DNA of 64,000 nucleotides from Minisyncoccota bacterium (GTDB lineage Bacteria; Patescibacteriota; Minisyncoccia; SW-4-49-11), in NCBI GenBank assembly GCA_032117235.1, contig JAULZW010000003.1:2798-66797 (forward strand), given 5' to 3'. A program made the translations under genes and the position numbers. A model generated the notes under the pieces. That model was not told where the DNA came from and made no database searches. It saw only the letters and a list, made by a program, of their open reading frames with translations. Each line of letters begins with the position of its first letter. The first letter of the stretch is position 1. Shown here piece after piece: positions 49,453 to 58,652 of the stretch.

Positions 49453-50976
49453 TTAAGCAGTCTTTTCTCTGTACTGTAAAGCTTCAGCAATATGATTAAT
49501 TTTAATATCTTTAGAATTAGATAAATCAGCAATAGTTCTAGAAATTTTCAGAATTCTATTATAAGCTCTAGCAGATAAATTCATTTTACTGACAGCTTGA
49601 GATAAAAGTTGCTGAGATGCTTTATCCAAAATGCAAATCTCTTGAATTTGTTTTATATTCATTGCACTATTAGTTTTTATATCTAAATCTTGAAATCTCT
49701 GCCTTTGAATTTCTCTTGCATTTTCAACTCTTTGTCTAATTACTTCTGATGATTCTTCTAGTACTTCAGATGGTTGAATTAATTCTTCAGTTTTAACTTT
49801 TTCTATATTTATAATCATATCTATTCTATCCAAAAGTGGTCCTGATATTTTTTGCTGATATCTTACAATTTGAGCTTGGGAACAGATACACTCTCTATCA
49901 TTATCCGTAAGATATCCACAAGGACAAGGATTTTGGCTAGCAATAAGCATAAAGTCAGCAGGAAAAGTTAGCGATCCTTGGGCTCTAGAAATAGTTATAA
50001 TTCTATCTTCTAATGGTTGGCGTAAACTTTCTAAGACTAATCGCGGAAACTCTGGAAATTCGTCCATATAGAGTACTCCACGATGAGCAAGACTAATTTC
50101 TCCCGGTTTAGGAAAACTCCCGCCTCCGATTAAAGAAATAGATGATGCGGTATGGTGTGGTGCTCTAAATGGACGATTAAGAATTAATGGTTGCTCACTA
50201 TTTAAACTCCCTGCAATACTATAAAGCTGTGATACTTCTAAAACTTCATCCCTATCCATCATTGGTAAAATTGTAGGGATTGTCCTAGATAATAAAGTTT
50301 TGCCAGCTCCTGGTGGGCCAGTCATAAGGACATTGTGAGCTCCAGCAGCCGATATTTCTAAGGCTCTTTTAGCTAATTTTTGTCCCCTAATATAGGCCAT
50401 ATCTATATCACTCGTATGAAAAGTTGGCACAAAATCATACGAAGCGGTTGGTGTAATTGTGTTTGAAACTTTAGTATCAAAATGGTCTAAAACTTCTTGA
50501 ATGTGATTGATGGCAAGAATATTAATCCCTTCAACTAAAGAAGCCTCCTTAGCATTACTTGCTGGAATAATTAAATTTGGTATACCTTGCTCTTTAGAAT
50601 AAACTGTAATAGGCAAAATTCCCTGCACTGCTCTTATACTACCGTCTAAACCTAATTCTCCCAGAATTACATAATCTTTTTCTGGAAATTGAATTAACTC
50701 TAAAGCCTTCAAAATTGCAATTGCCATGGGTAAATCATAAGCAGTTCCGATTTTTTTGACTTCCGCTGGTGCTAGATTTAAGACAAATCTCTTTTGGGGA
50801 AGAACAATGCCACTATTTTTTAACCCCAATCTAATTCTTTCTTTAGCTTCATTGATAGCTGTATCTGGTAACCCAACAATAGTGATTCCAGGTAAACCCT
50901 GAGTCATATCTACTTCAATCTCTATTTTTTTACCATTAAGTCCAAGAGTTGAAGCTGATTGTACTCTAGATAACAT
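49453..50976 (-). CDS. comM: Mg-chelatase-like AAA+ ATPase YifB/ComM
   Basis: N-terminal Lon-SSD-like domain, Walker A GPPGAGKT, Walker B LYMDEFPEF, C-terminal ChlI region. Confidence 0.85.
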   Translation of the reverse strand: MLSRVQSASTLGLNGKKIEIEVDMTQGLPGITIVGLPDTAINEAKERIRLGLKNSGIVLPQKRFVLNLAPAEVKKIGTAYDLPMAIAILKALELIQFPEKDYVILGELGLDGSIRAVQGILPITVYSKEQGIPNLIIPASNAKEASLVEGINILAINHIQEVLDHFDTKVSNTITPTASYDFVPTFHTSDIDMAYIRGQKLAKRALEISAAGAHNVLMTGPPGAGKTLLSRTIPTILPMMDRDEVLEVSQLYSIAGSLNSEQPLILNRPFRAPHHTASSISLIGGGSFPKPGEISLAHRGVLYMDEFPEFPRLVLESLRQPLEDRIITISRAQGSLTFPADFMLIASQNPCPCGYLTDNDRECICSQAQIVRYQQKISGPLLDRIDMIINIEKVKTEELIQPSEVLEESSEVIRQRVENAREIQRQRFQDLDIKTNSAMNIKQIQEICILDKASQQLLSQAVSKMNLSARAYNRILKISRTIADLSNSKDIKINHIAEALQYREKTA

Positions 50977-50980
50977 AAAT

Positions 50981-52090
50981 TTAATCTCGAATAGGCATTA
51001 TTAGATAGTAAAAGTCTGGAGTGTCATCACTTTTCAAAATTACGGGAGAATCCGTATCGTTGAGATGAAATTGAATTGAACCTTCTTTGAATAATTGTAT
51101 TCCATCTAAAAGATAGTTATAATTAAAAGTAATTGTAATACCAGTATCTCCATTTATATGAACTGGTATTTTAGTTTTATTAGAACCAGTTTGAGAATCT
51201 GAGGAACTAACATTCAAGTTTTTATCATCTTGTAAATTTAATTTTACATCATTTACTGCATTTTGAGAAAATACAGAAGCTAATTTAATAGCTTGTACTA
51301 ATTCTTGACTATCACAATCAAAATTAGTTTTAAAGTTTTGAGGAATCAACCCTTCATATTGAGGAAAATTACCATCAATTAATTTAGAAACTATTTCAAC
51401 TGTATCAGCAACTAATTTAATTTGAGAAGCTCCAAATTGAATATTAACATTAGTTTCCTCTACTGCATCCAAAACTCGAATAATCTCAGCTACGGTTTTA
51501 CTAGGAATAATCACAGAAAAATTATCTCCTTCCAAATTATTTAGATTAACTTTTTTCTCACTTAATCTAAAACCGTCTGTACCTACAAAAATTAATTGAT
51601 TATCTTTTTTAGCTAAATAAACACCGGCAATTTCTGGACGGAATTCATTTTTAGGCAAAGACCCATAAACTGATTTAAAACCTTGTTTCAAATCAGTGCT
51701 AGTAATACTGATTTGATTTTCTAATTCTATTTCTGGTAAATTAGGAAAATCTTCAGCAATAATTCCCTTGAATTGAGCTTGAATATCTTGTCCTTGTTCA
51801 ATTGTCAATTCATCATTTTCTACACTCAAATTCAATTTATCCTGTGGTAGGTTTCTAATATAAGCAAGTAAAGTATCTTGAGGGATACAAATTGCCCCTT
51901 CAGAGTCCTCTTTACCACGAATATGAACTCTTATTCCAATTTCAAGATTAGTTGAGCTTATTGTAAGCGATCCTTGCTTACCTTGTAATAAAAAAGTTTG
52001 TAAAACTGGTAAGGTTGTAGCTCGTGAAGAACTCTGACGAGCTATATTCAAACCTTTTAGTAAATTTTCTTGCAAACAGGTAAATTTCAT
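50981..52090 (-). CDS. dnaN: DNA polymerase III beta sliding clamp
   Basis: 369 aa with a three-domain clamp pattern; N-terminus MKFTCLQENLLKGL typical of DnaN; adjacent to dnaA. Confidence 0.85.
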   Translation of the reverse strand: MKFTCLQENLLKGLNIARQSSSRATTLPVLQTFLLQGKQGSLTISSTNLEIGIRVHIRGKEDSEGAICIPQDTLLAYIRNLPQDKLNLSVENDELTIEQGQDIQAQFKGIIAEDFPNLPEIELENQISITSTDLKQGFKSVYGSLPKNEFRPEIAGVYLAKKDNQLIFVGTDGFRLSEKKVNLNNLEGDNFSVIIPSKTVAEIIRVLDAVEETNVNIQFGASQIKLVADTVEIVSKLIDGNFPQYEGLIPQNFKTNFDCDSQELVQAIKLASVFSQNAVNDVKLNLQDDKNLNVSSSDSQTGSNKTKIPVHINGDTGITITFNYNYLLDGIQLFKEGSIQFHLNDTDSPVILKSDDTPDFYYLIMPIRD

Positions 52091-52201
52091 ATCTTATCTA
52101 TCTTAAACTATACTTTAATTATACCCTGAATAATTTGTTTTTACTAGATTTGTATTTTTTGTTCTTTATTTATTATATATATAATAGTAGATAGTAGTAT
52201 C

Positions 52202-52397
52202 TGTGGAAAAGCTTAAAACTGGTTTTTACCCGCATAAATAGTGTATGTCAAGTGGGGATATCATTTGGGATAAGTATCTGTAAACTTTGGGGATAAGATT
52301 ATATGTAGAAAATCTCTGTGGATTAAGTTCTATTTATACACAATATTATTCACAGAAATAGAGGGATTCTGTATAAGTTATACACAGGTTATACACA
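52202..52397. promoter_or_regulatory. DnaA-box cluster in the dnaA-dnaN spacer (putative oriC core)
   Basis: Perfect TTATNCACA boxes at 52334-52342, 52346-52354, 52378-52386 and 52389-52397 (same orientation); imperfect inverted boxes TGTGGAAAA at 52202-52210 and TGTGGATTA at 52307-52315. Confidence 0.6.
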
Positions 52398-52426
52398 ATG
52401 GTAAAATATAATGTAAATAAACGATT

Positions 52427-52466
52427 GTCCTCCTTAGGAGGAGGTGGCACGAAGTGCCGGAGGTGG
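52427..52466. repeat. GC-rich palindromic element copy inside the oriC region
   Basis: gtcctccttaggaggaggtggcacgaagtgccggaggtgg; 5' half matches 28087-28112. Confidence 0.55.
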
Positions 52467-52530
52467 ATAGAGATAAAAGTTATTTATATTTTCTAATAAT
52501 ATTAAATTTTAGAATATGGACTTACTTTTA

Positions 52531-52590
52531 CCCACCCCCGCCTTTCAGGCTTCCCCCCTCCCTGCCTACCGCAGGCAGGCAAAGGGGGAC
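52531..52590. repeat. C-rich/G-rich palindromic element (cccacccccgcctttcaggcttcccccctccctgcctaccgcaggcaggcaaagggggac)
   Basis: Same cctcc...stem-loop...caaaggggg architecture; lies between the DnaA boxes and the AT-rich DUE-like tract. Confidence 0.5.
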
Positions 52591-52595
52591 AAAAA

Positions 52596-52703
52596 CATAA
52601 TGTCACAACTATAAAAAATATAAAATCATAACAAAATATAATAATAAATTAATTAATAATGCTATAGACAATAGTAAATGTTAAAAATAAATAACAACAA
52701 CTA
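52596..52703. promoter_or_regulatory. AT-rich tract, candidate DNA-unwinding element of oriC
   Basis: About 90% A+T over about 100 nt immediately adjacent to the DnaA-box cluster. Confidence 0.4.
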
Positions 52704-52732
52704 TTGACGAAATTAGGAAAATGTGGTATATA
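52704..52732 (+). promoter_or_regulatory. sigma70-like promoter TTGACG-N17-TGgTATATA
   Basis: Near-consensus -35 and extended -10 with 17-nt spacer, immediately upstream of a GC-elevated segment. Confidence 0.4.
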
Positions 52733-52740
52733 TAGTTTTG

Positions 52741-53050
52741 TAAACATCGCCGATTTTTCCATGGACGAATCAACCGAAACTGAATTTCTTTCACTGACCA
52801 GCCATGACGGGCCTGTCTACATTCGACCAGATCTGATAGTGGCTGTTTCAGAATAATATGTCGGCGGTTCGAACAACAGGACCAGGATAGATTTAAGCAC
52901 AGGGTCATCTGTTTTGGTAACACAACCAGGCGAGTCTATAATGAGAGCAATAAATGCAAAAATTGTTGAGGTATAAACAATTCATTCATTTAAATCCATA
53001 TTTTAAACTCTCCCTACACTCCTTCCATCTTGGTCGGAGTGTTTTTTGTT
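52741..53050 (+). other. GC-elevated transcription unit of uncertain nature: structured ncRNA candidate, or interrupted small CDS (71 codons with an in-frame TAA)
   Basis: GC well above the flanks, promoter upstream, hairpin plus T-run terminator at 53015-53050. The + frame reads MDESTETEFLSLTSHDGPVYIRPDLIVAVSE*YVGGSNNRTRIDLSTGSSVLVTQPGESIMRAINAKIVEV. Confidence 0.3.
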
Positions 53051-53101
53051 TAATATATTAAGTCAATTAGTAGTTTTATGTAAGTATAACGCTACTAATC
53101 C

Positions 53102-54541
53102 CTAAGAATTTACCGGATTTTCTTCATTATAGAGTTTATTTTTAATCATAGTAATATCCTGCTCCAAAGTATAGTTGGAAATTAATTCTTTTTTGATCTT
53201 ATTCCAAGCATGCATAACCGTACTATGATCTTTACCACCTAAAGCCTCACCAATATTAGGAAAGGTTAATTTCAACTCTTCACGGATTAAATACATAGCA
53301 ATTTGGCGTGGTACAGCAATATCTTTTTTACGGCTTTTAGATAATATATCCTCTTTTTTAATATTAAAGTGCCCAGAAACAATTTCCAAAATCATATCTA
53401 TATTTACAATTCTTTGAGAGTGAATTTGACCACCTTCAATCAGTTTATCTACCAATTCAGGAGTAATTTTAGTATTAAGTAACTGTACTCTAGCAATAAT
53501 TTTATTTAAAGCACCTTCTAACTCTCGCACATTGCTTTTGATTCTCTCAGCAATAACATAAATAATCTCGTCATCTAAATCAAAATGTTTTTGAATACAT
53601 TTGCTTTTCAAAATAGCCACTCTAGTTTCAAATTCAGGAATAGCTACATCCACAATCATTCCACCTTCAAAGCGAGATTTTAATCTATCATTAAGGGTTT
53701 TAATAGCACTAGGTGGTCTATCGCTAGTAAAAACAATTTGTTTATTATGAGCATATAATTCATTAAAAGTATTAAAAACCTCATATTGAGTGGCCTCTTT
53801 CCCTCCAATAAATTGAATATCGTCAATTATTAGCAAGTCCACCGCTCTATGCCTAGCTTTAAAGTCATCCATTTTCCCATTTTTGAGAGAATTCATCAAA
53901 TCTGAGATAAAAACATCCGAAGTTACATACAGAATATTTTTATTATTCTTCACCAATTTATTAGCAATAGCTTGAATCAAATGAGTTTTACCAAGTCCCA
54001 CACCACCATAAATAAATAAAGGATTATATCTAGTACCAGGCTCATTTGCTACCGATTGAGCAGCAGCATGAGCGAGTTCATTAGATGAACCTACAATAAA
54101 GTTTTCAAAAGTATAATTGTCTTTTAATAAAGAAATTCCAGTTGATTTTGTGACTTTTACAAAATTATTATTAGTCTCAGAAGTAAAGCTACCATTAGCT
54201 ATATTGACTTCAGACAGAGCTTCTCTCTGAGATTGAAGCTCCTGATCCTTTAGATTAATAACTGATTTAATAGATTTAGAGTTTGTTTTTTGGTTATTTT
54301 TAACTACATATCTAACTTTTTTTACCGAACCAGTAATTTTTTGAATAGAATTAAGAATAGTAAGGTTGAATTTATTTTCTAGCCAATTACGAGTAAAAGC
54401 ACTAGGAACACAAATTACAATCTCACTTTCATCCATACTAATAGGATAAGTGTTTTTAATCCAGGTATTAAATTGAGGTTTACTAATATTAAGTTCTATT
54501 TCACCTAATACAGAATTCCAAACTCTTTGTTTCTCGTCCAT
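53102..54541 (-). CDS. dnaA: chromosomal replication initiator DnaA
   Basis: AAA+ Walker A GGVGLGKTHL, Walker B LLIIDDIQF, sensor motifs, C-terminal DNA-binding domain IAMYLIREELKLTFPNIGEALGGKDHSTV. Confidence 0.9.
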   Translation of the reverse strand: MDEKQRVWNSVLGEIELNISKPQFNTWIKNTYPISMDESEIVICVPSAFTRNWLENKFNLTILNSIQKITGSVKKVRYVVKNNQKTNSKSIKSVINLKDQELQSQREALSEVNIANGSFTSETNNNFVKVTKSTGISLLKDNYTFENFIVGSSNELAHAAAQSVANEPGTRYNPLFIYGGVGLGKTHLIQAIANKLVKNNKNILYVTSDVFISDLMNSLKNGKMDDFKARHRAVDLLIIDDIQFIGGKEATQYEVFNTFNELYAHNKQIVFTSDRPPSAIKTLNDRLKSRFEGGMIVDVAIPEFETRVAILKSKCIQKHFDLDDEIIYVIAERIKSNVRELEGALNKIIARVQLLNTKITPELVDKLIEGGQIHSQRIVNIDMILEIVSGHFNIKKEDILSKSRKKDIAVPRQIAMYLIREELKLTFPNIGEALGGKDHSTVMHAWNKIKKELISNYTLEQDITMIKNKLYNEENPVNS

Positions 54542-54573
54542 TGCAATCGTCTAATTGATGATGTTTATAAACT

Positions 54574-54582
54574 GTGGATAAG
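54574..54582. promoter_or_regulatory. perfect DnaA box TGTGGATAA 33 nt upstream of the dnaA start (autoregulatory box)
   Basis: Exact consensus seen directly. Confidence 0.5.
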
Positions 54583-54715
54583 TTGATTTCATTATACTCT
54601 ATTAGAGAATTTTTGCAAAGATACCCCTATTAAAGATTGAGTATTAGCTATAGTTCACTTTTATTTCACTTTTGAGATTAAAGAAAAAAATCCTAGCATT
54701 TCACTAGGATTTTAA

Positions 54716-54856
54716 TTAGGGATATCGTTCTTTTAAGATGCTATCTAGATTGTGTGTAAGTTCTTTTTTATACTTTTCTTCAAAATCAGGGTGCCTAGAT
54801 TCAGGCATTCCTTCTTTAAGATGCAAATCATTTTCTTCTAACAAAGGATTTAACAT
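54716..54856 (-). CDS. small ORF (46 aa) with its own terminator, upstream of dnaA
   Basis: ATG..TAA ORF MLNPLLEENDLHLKEGMPESRHPDFEEKYKKELTHNLDSILKERYP, followed on the minus strand by hairpin aaatcctag..ctaggattt plus T7 (54682-54712). Confidence 0.25.
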   Translation of the reverse strand: MLNPLLEENDLHLKEGMPESRHPDFEEKYKKELTHNLDSILKERYP

Positions 54857-55094
54857 GTATGCATTTTGTTAAATTTTCAAAATAACAATAACATAAAAAT
54901 ATAATTTTAGCAAGTAGATGCTTCTCTTAAGAGTTACAATATAGTTAATTGTATTTTATATAAATCATATTAGATGACTTTTCCGTGTCCCATACTATAT
55001 ATCTATATAAAACAAATACTTCATACTTGTTACCAAACCTTGACTTTATGATTAAGATAGTTTATAATACTCTTTAATTATGTATTTATAAATT

Positions 55095-55229
55095 ATGATA
55101 AAGGGAGCAGCAAGTAAGAATCGTAAAAGAAATCGCCGTCACGGATTTTTGTCTCGTATGGCTACCAAAGCGGGAAGAGCTGTAATTAATCGACGAAGAG
55201 CTAGAGGAAGATCTAAGCTTTCTGTTTAA
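55095..55229 (+). CDS. rpmH: 50S ribosomal protein L34
   Basis: [44 protein letters not shown], 44 aa, canonical L34; not in the ORF track because it is under 60 aa. Confidence 0.85.
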   Translation: MIKGAASKNRKRNRRHGFLSRMATKAGRAVINRRRARGRSKLSV

Positions 55230-55260
55230 TTTTTTATACAAATAAAATAAATCTTTTTTA

Positions 55261-55581
55261 ATGCAAAGGCTTCATCAGGAATCAGATATAGCCACTATGT
55301 TTGCTCAGGTAAAACCTCAATATCTGGACAAATTTCAGATATATTGCAATCCTAACAACCTATCTGACCATAGATTAGGAGTAATTATTGCAAAAAAAAA
55401 TATTCCTCTAGCAGTGAAGCGTAATCGTCTCAAAAGACAAGTTAGAGAATTATGTCGCAGAAGTCTTATTACAAAAAACAACAAATATGATATACTTGTA
55501 CTAGTGCGGACTAAAATCACTGATCAAAATAAAGCTGATTTTTTACATCAACTGCATAATTATATTAATAATTTAAATTAA
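55261..55581 (+). CDS. rnpA: ribonuclease P protein component
   Basis: 106 aa basic protein with the RNR-motif region AVKRNRLKRQVRE; rpmH-rnpA-yidC synteny. Confidence 0.8.
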   Translation: MQRLHQESDIATMFAQVKPQYLDKFQIYCNPNNLSDHRLGVIIAKKNIPLAVKRNRLKRQVRELCRRSLITKNNKYDILVLVRTKITDQNKADFLHQLHNYINNLN

Positions 55582-55590
55582 CAATCTGCT

Positions 55591-56349
55591 ATGGGATGGC
55601 TATTCAATGAAGTATTATATCGACCTTTGTTTAATTCTATGGTGTTTTTCTATAACACTATTCCGGGAGCTAATATTGGTTTAGCGATTATACTTACTAC
55701 CCTTTTGGTTCGAATTTTAATGATACCATTATATCGAGCTAGTATCAAAAGTCAGCGAGAAATTACTATTATACAGCCTATAATTAAAGAGCTACAGGTA
55801 AAATATAAAGATGATAAACAAAAGCTCTCCGAGGAGTTAATGAAAGCCTATAAAGAGCATAATGTAAATCCATTTGCGGGAATAGTATTATTATTAGTGC
55901 AACTCCCTGTACTTATTGCTATTTATCAGGTCTCTCTTAATTTATTTAAATCAGAAACCTATCCCGCCCTTTATTCTTTTGTCACTTTACCAGAAAATGG
56001 GTTTAGTACCTTAATATTTGGTGTTTTGAATATAGCTGATACAAAGAATATTATATTGGCTCTTCTCGTTGGTATATCTCAATATTATCAGATTAAGCTG
56101 ATTATGAAGCGAACTCAACCCAAAAAAGTTGAAAATAAGAAAAAGAAAAAATCTGACAAACCAGAAGAGCCAGATTTTGCAACTATACTCAATAAACAAA
56201 TGTTATTCTTAATGCCGGTACTCGTAACAGTATTTGCTTATTCACTCCCAGCATCTATGAGTCTATATTGGATTACTACAACCGTATTCACAATAGTACA
56301 AGAATTTTTCCTTATAAAAAAAGTTGACAAAGCAGAGGGGGTAAAATAA
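55591..56349 (+). CDS. yidC: membrane protein insertase YidC (short Gram-positive/CPR-type)
   Basis: 252 aa, 5 TM; the conserved TM2-TM3 region QPIIKELQVKYKDDKQKLSEELMKAYKEHNVNPFAGIVLLLVQLPVLIAIYQV. Confidence 0.8.
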   Translation: MGWLFNEVLYRPLFNSMVFFYNTIPGANIGLAIILTTLLVRILMIPLYRASIKSQREITIIQPIIKELQVKYKDDKQKLSEELMKAYKEHNVNPFAGIVLLLVQLPVLIAIYQVSLNLFKSETYPALYSFVTLPENGFSTLIFGVLNIADTKNIILALLVGISQYYQIKLIMKRTQPKKVENKKKKKSDKPEEPDFATILNKQMLFLMPVLVTVFAYSLPASMSLYWITTTVFTIVQEFFLIKKVDKAEGVK

Positions 56350-56358
56350 TACTCATCT

Positions 56359-57789
56359 ATGACATTAAATAAGAAATTAGCCCTGAATAGTATTATCCAA
56401 ATTTTAGGTAAATTTGTGATGATAGTGGTTGGGTTTATTTCTATACGAATACTCACCACTACATTGGGAGTAGAAGGATTTGGAGCTTATATTACTATTA
56501 CGAGTTATCTCATTATCGCTAGCGTAATCGCTGAATATGGATTTAATGCACTTCTTACCACCGAAATCGCAGGCAAAGATGAGAAAGAAGCCGGACATAT
56601 TGTCAATAATTTATTCACCGCCCGCCTCGTAATGGCAATATCCATAATTGGGATATTTGCCTCTTTAGCAGTATGGCTTATCCCATCCTATTCTACTGAA
56701 GTGAAATGGCTAGTGGCTCTCGGGTCAATAGGAACAATAGGATCATCATTATCGCAGGTTTTGGTAGGAGTATTTCAGACCAAACTCCGTACAGACAAAA
56801 TTACCATAGGAGATTTTATTTCTCGAATAACATTAACAGTAGGAGTTATTCTCCTCGCTTTACTTGGTACGGTGAATTTATTCTGGGTAATGGTGATATA
56901 TAGCATAGCAGGAATAGCTCAGGCTATTTTTGTTATCACCGCTACCTACAAATATTATCCTCTCAAACTCGCTATAGATTGGCCTTATTGGAAATACATA
57001 TTCAAAAAAGCCTTTCCCCTTTTTATTATTATTACCTTTAATCTTATTTATTATCGAATAGATACTATAATGCTATCTGTGATGAAGGATCAAACAGCCG
57101 TAGGACTATATGGGGCTTCATATAAAGTTTTAGAAATATCAATAGCCATCCCAGGAATGTTTATGGGATTATTACTCCCCCTCTTTGCTAAATATTATAA
57201 ACAGGACAAAGAGAGATTTAAACATATATTCCAGCAAGCCTTTAATATACTTATCACCATCGCCATACCATTAAGTATAGGAGGGATATTATTATCTAGT
57301 AATATGTTAAGCCTTATCGCAGGATCAGAATTCCTCCCAGCTACCACCACATTACAAGTATTATTTGTGGGAATAGGTTTTATATTCCTTGGTAACCTTA
57401 TGGGACATATTCTGATAGGAGCCCAGTTCCAGAATAAAAGTATGTATATTGCAATAATTGGAGCATTCTTTAATGTGGGACTTAATCTTTATCTTATTCC
57501 TAAATATTCTTATCTTGGAGCCGCTATTGCCACCGCTATCACAGAAGGATTGGTACTCATTAGCTATATGTATCTGGTGAGGCGATATATACAATGGTTC
57601 CCACGATTTCAACTAGTACATATACTGGTTATCATCGCCACCACAATGATGGGTGTCGTATTATACTTTATCAGAGACTGGAATATTTTCTTCCAAAGCA
57701 TAATAGCAGTATTAGTATTTGGGTTTACTTTTCTTCACCTTGGAATTAATCGAATAAAACAGTATTATGTCATCAATATTCAAGAATAA
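56359..57789 (+). CDS. polysaccharide/oligosaccharide flippase (Wzx/MOP superfamily)
   Basis: 476 aa with about 14 TM helices; organisation typical of Polysacc_synt-family flippases; followed by a glycosyltransferase. Confidence 0.55.
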   Translation: MTLNKKLALNSIIQILGKFVMIVVGFISIRILTTTLGVEGFGAYITITSYLIIASVIAEYGFNALLTTEIAGKDEKEAGHIVNNLFTARLVMAISIIGIFASLAVWLIPSYSTEVKWLVALGSIGTIGSSLSQVLVGVFQTKLRTDKITIGDFISRITLTVGVILLALLGTVNLFWVMVIYSIAGIAQAIFVITATYKYYPLKLAIDWPYWKYIFKKAFPLFIIITFNLIYYRIDTIMLSVMKDQTAVGLYGASYKVLEISIAIPGMFMGLLLPLFAKYYKQDKERFKHIFQQAFNILITIAIPLSIGGILLSSNMLSLIAGSEFLPATTTLQVLFVGIGFIFLGNLMGHILIGAQFQNKSMYIAIIGAFFNVGLNLYLIPKYSYLGAAIATAITEGLVLISYMYLVRRYIQWFPRFQLVHILVIIATTMMGVVLYFIRDWNIFFQSIIAVLVFGFTFLHLGINRIKQYYVINIQE

Positions 57790-58579
57790 AACCATATCCT
57801 TCATAATAGTCTCATATAAGACTAAGCATTATCTTGAAGACTGTATAAAAGCTATAATCTCATCTACCACAGAAGAATATGAGATAATACTTGTCGAGAA
57901 TAATTCGGGAGAAAATCTCGATATCCTCCGAGACTTATCCACAAAAAGAATACATATTGTGTATTCTGATAAAAATGCTGGATTTGGTGCTGGAGTGAAT
58001 ATAGGCGCGACTAAAGCTATAGGAGATTGGCTGTGTTTTATTAACCCAGATACCAAGATACAAGGAGATATCCACATGATATCCACAATAAGTGAAAATA
58101 CAGGAATAATTGGACTCGCTCTCGTGGATAACAATACAAGAATACAAGCTTATCAGTATGGCAATTTCCCCACACCACAAAGTATAATCACCAATTCAGC
58201 TAAAAAGACCTGGCAAACACCTACAGAACAGACTATAAACACCGACTGGGTAAGTGGAGGCTCACTCTGTATAGAGACTGCCTTATTCCGTAAACTTGGA
58301 GGCTTTGATGAGCAATTCTTTATGTATTATGAAGATATAGATTTATGCCACCGAGCTAAACAAATAGGCAGAGATGTGCAGTGGACTCAACAAATCACCG
58401 TCTGGCATCAAGAAGGAGGATCAGAGAGCAATATTAAGAGAACCAAGGAGAGATATTATACCGCTCAGAGAAAATATATCGCCAAATGGTATGGCAGGTT
58501 TTGGAATCTTCTCCTTATGCCTATACATTTGGGGTTATTGTTGGGGGTAAGTAATATAAAACCTAATATAGATAAATAA
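57767..58579 (+). CDS. family-2 glycosyltransferase
   Basis: N-terminal ISFIIVSYKTKHYLEDCI (GT-A fold start), FINPDTKI, YYEDIDLCHRA (GT2 ED motif). Confidence 0.65.
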   Translation: MSSIFKNKTISFIIVSYKTKHYLEDCIKAIISSTTEEYEIILVENNSGENLDILRDLSTKRIHIVYSDKNAGFGAGVNIGATKAIGDWLCFINPDTKIQGDIHMISTISENTGIIGLALVDNNTRIQAYQYGNFPTPQSIITNSAKKTWQTPTEQTINTDWVSGGSLCIETALFRKLGGFDEQFFMYYEDIDLCHRAKQIGRDVQWTQQITVWHQEGGSESNIKRTKERYYTAQRKYIAKWYGRFWNLLLMPIHLGLLLGVSNIKPNIDK

Positions 58580-58652
58580 GCTGAAATAATGTATAATATA
58601 TCTACTTATATACTTAATTAAAGTTAATATAATCAAAAATAAGTATAATATT

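Noticed and set aside
52861-52885. tRNA-like T-loop sequence ggttcgaac
   Set aside because: No complementary T-stem, no acceptor or anticodon arms; not a tRNA or tmRNA tRNA-like domain
52741-53050. RNase P RNA, tmRNA or SRP RNA identity for the GC-rich segment
   Set aside because: Searched by eye for GGAAAGUCCGG and ACAGAACCCGGCUUA (RNase P), a 5' GGGG plus 3' T-arm/CCA (tmRNA) and the SRP helix-8 GGAA..AGCAGC motifs; none present
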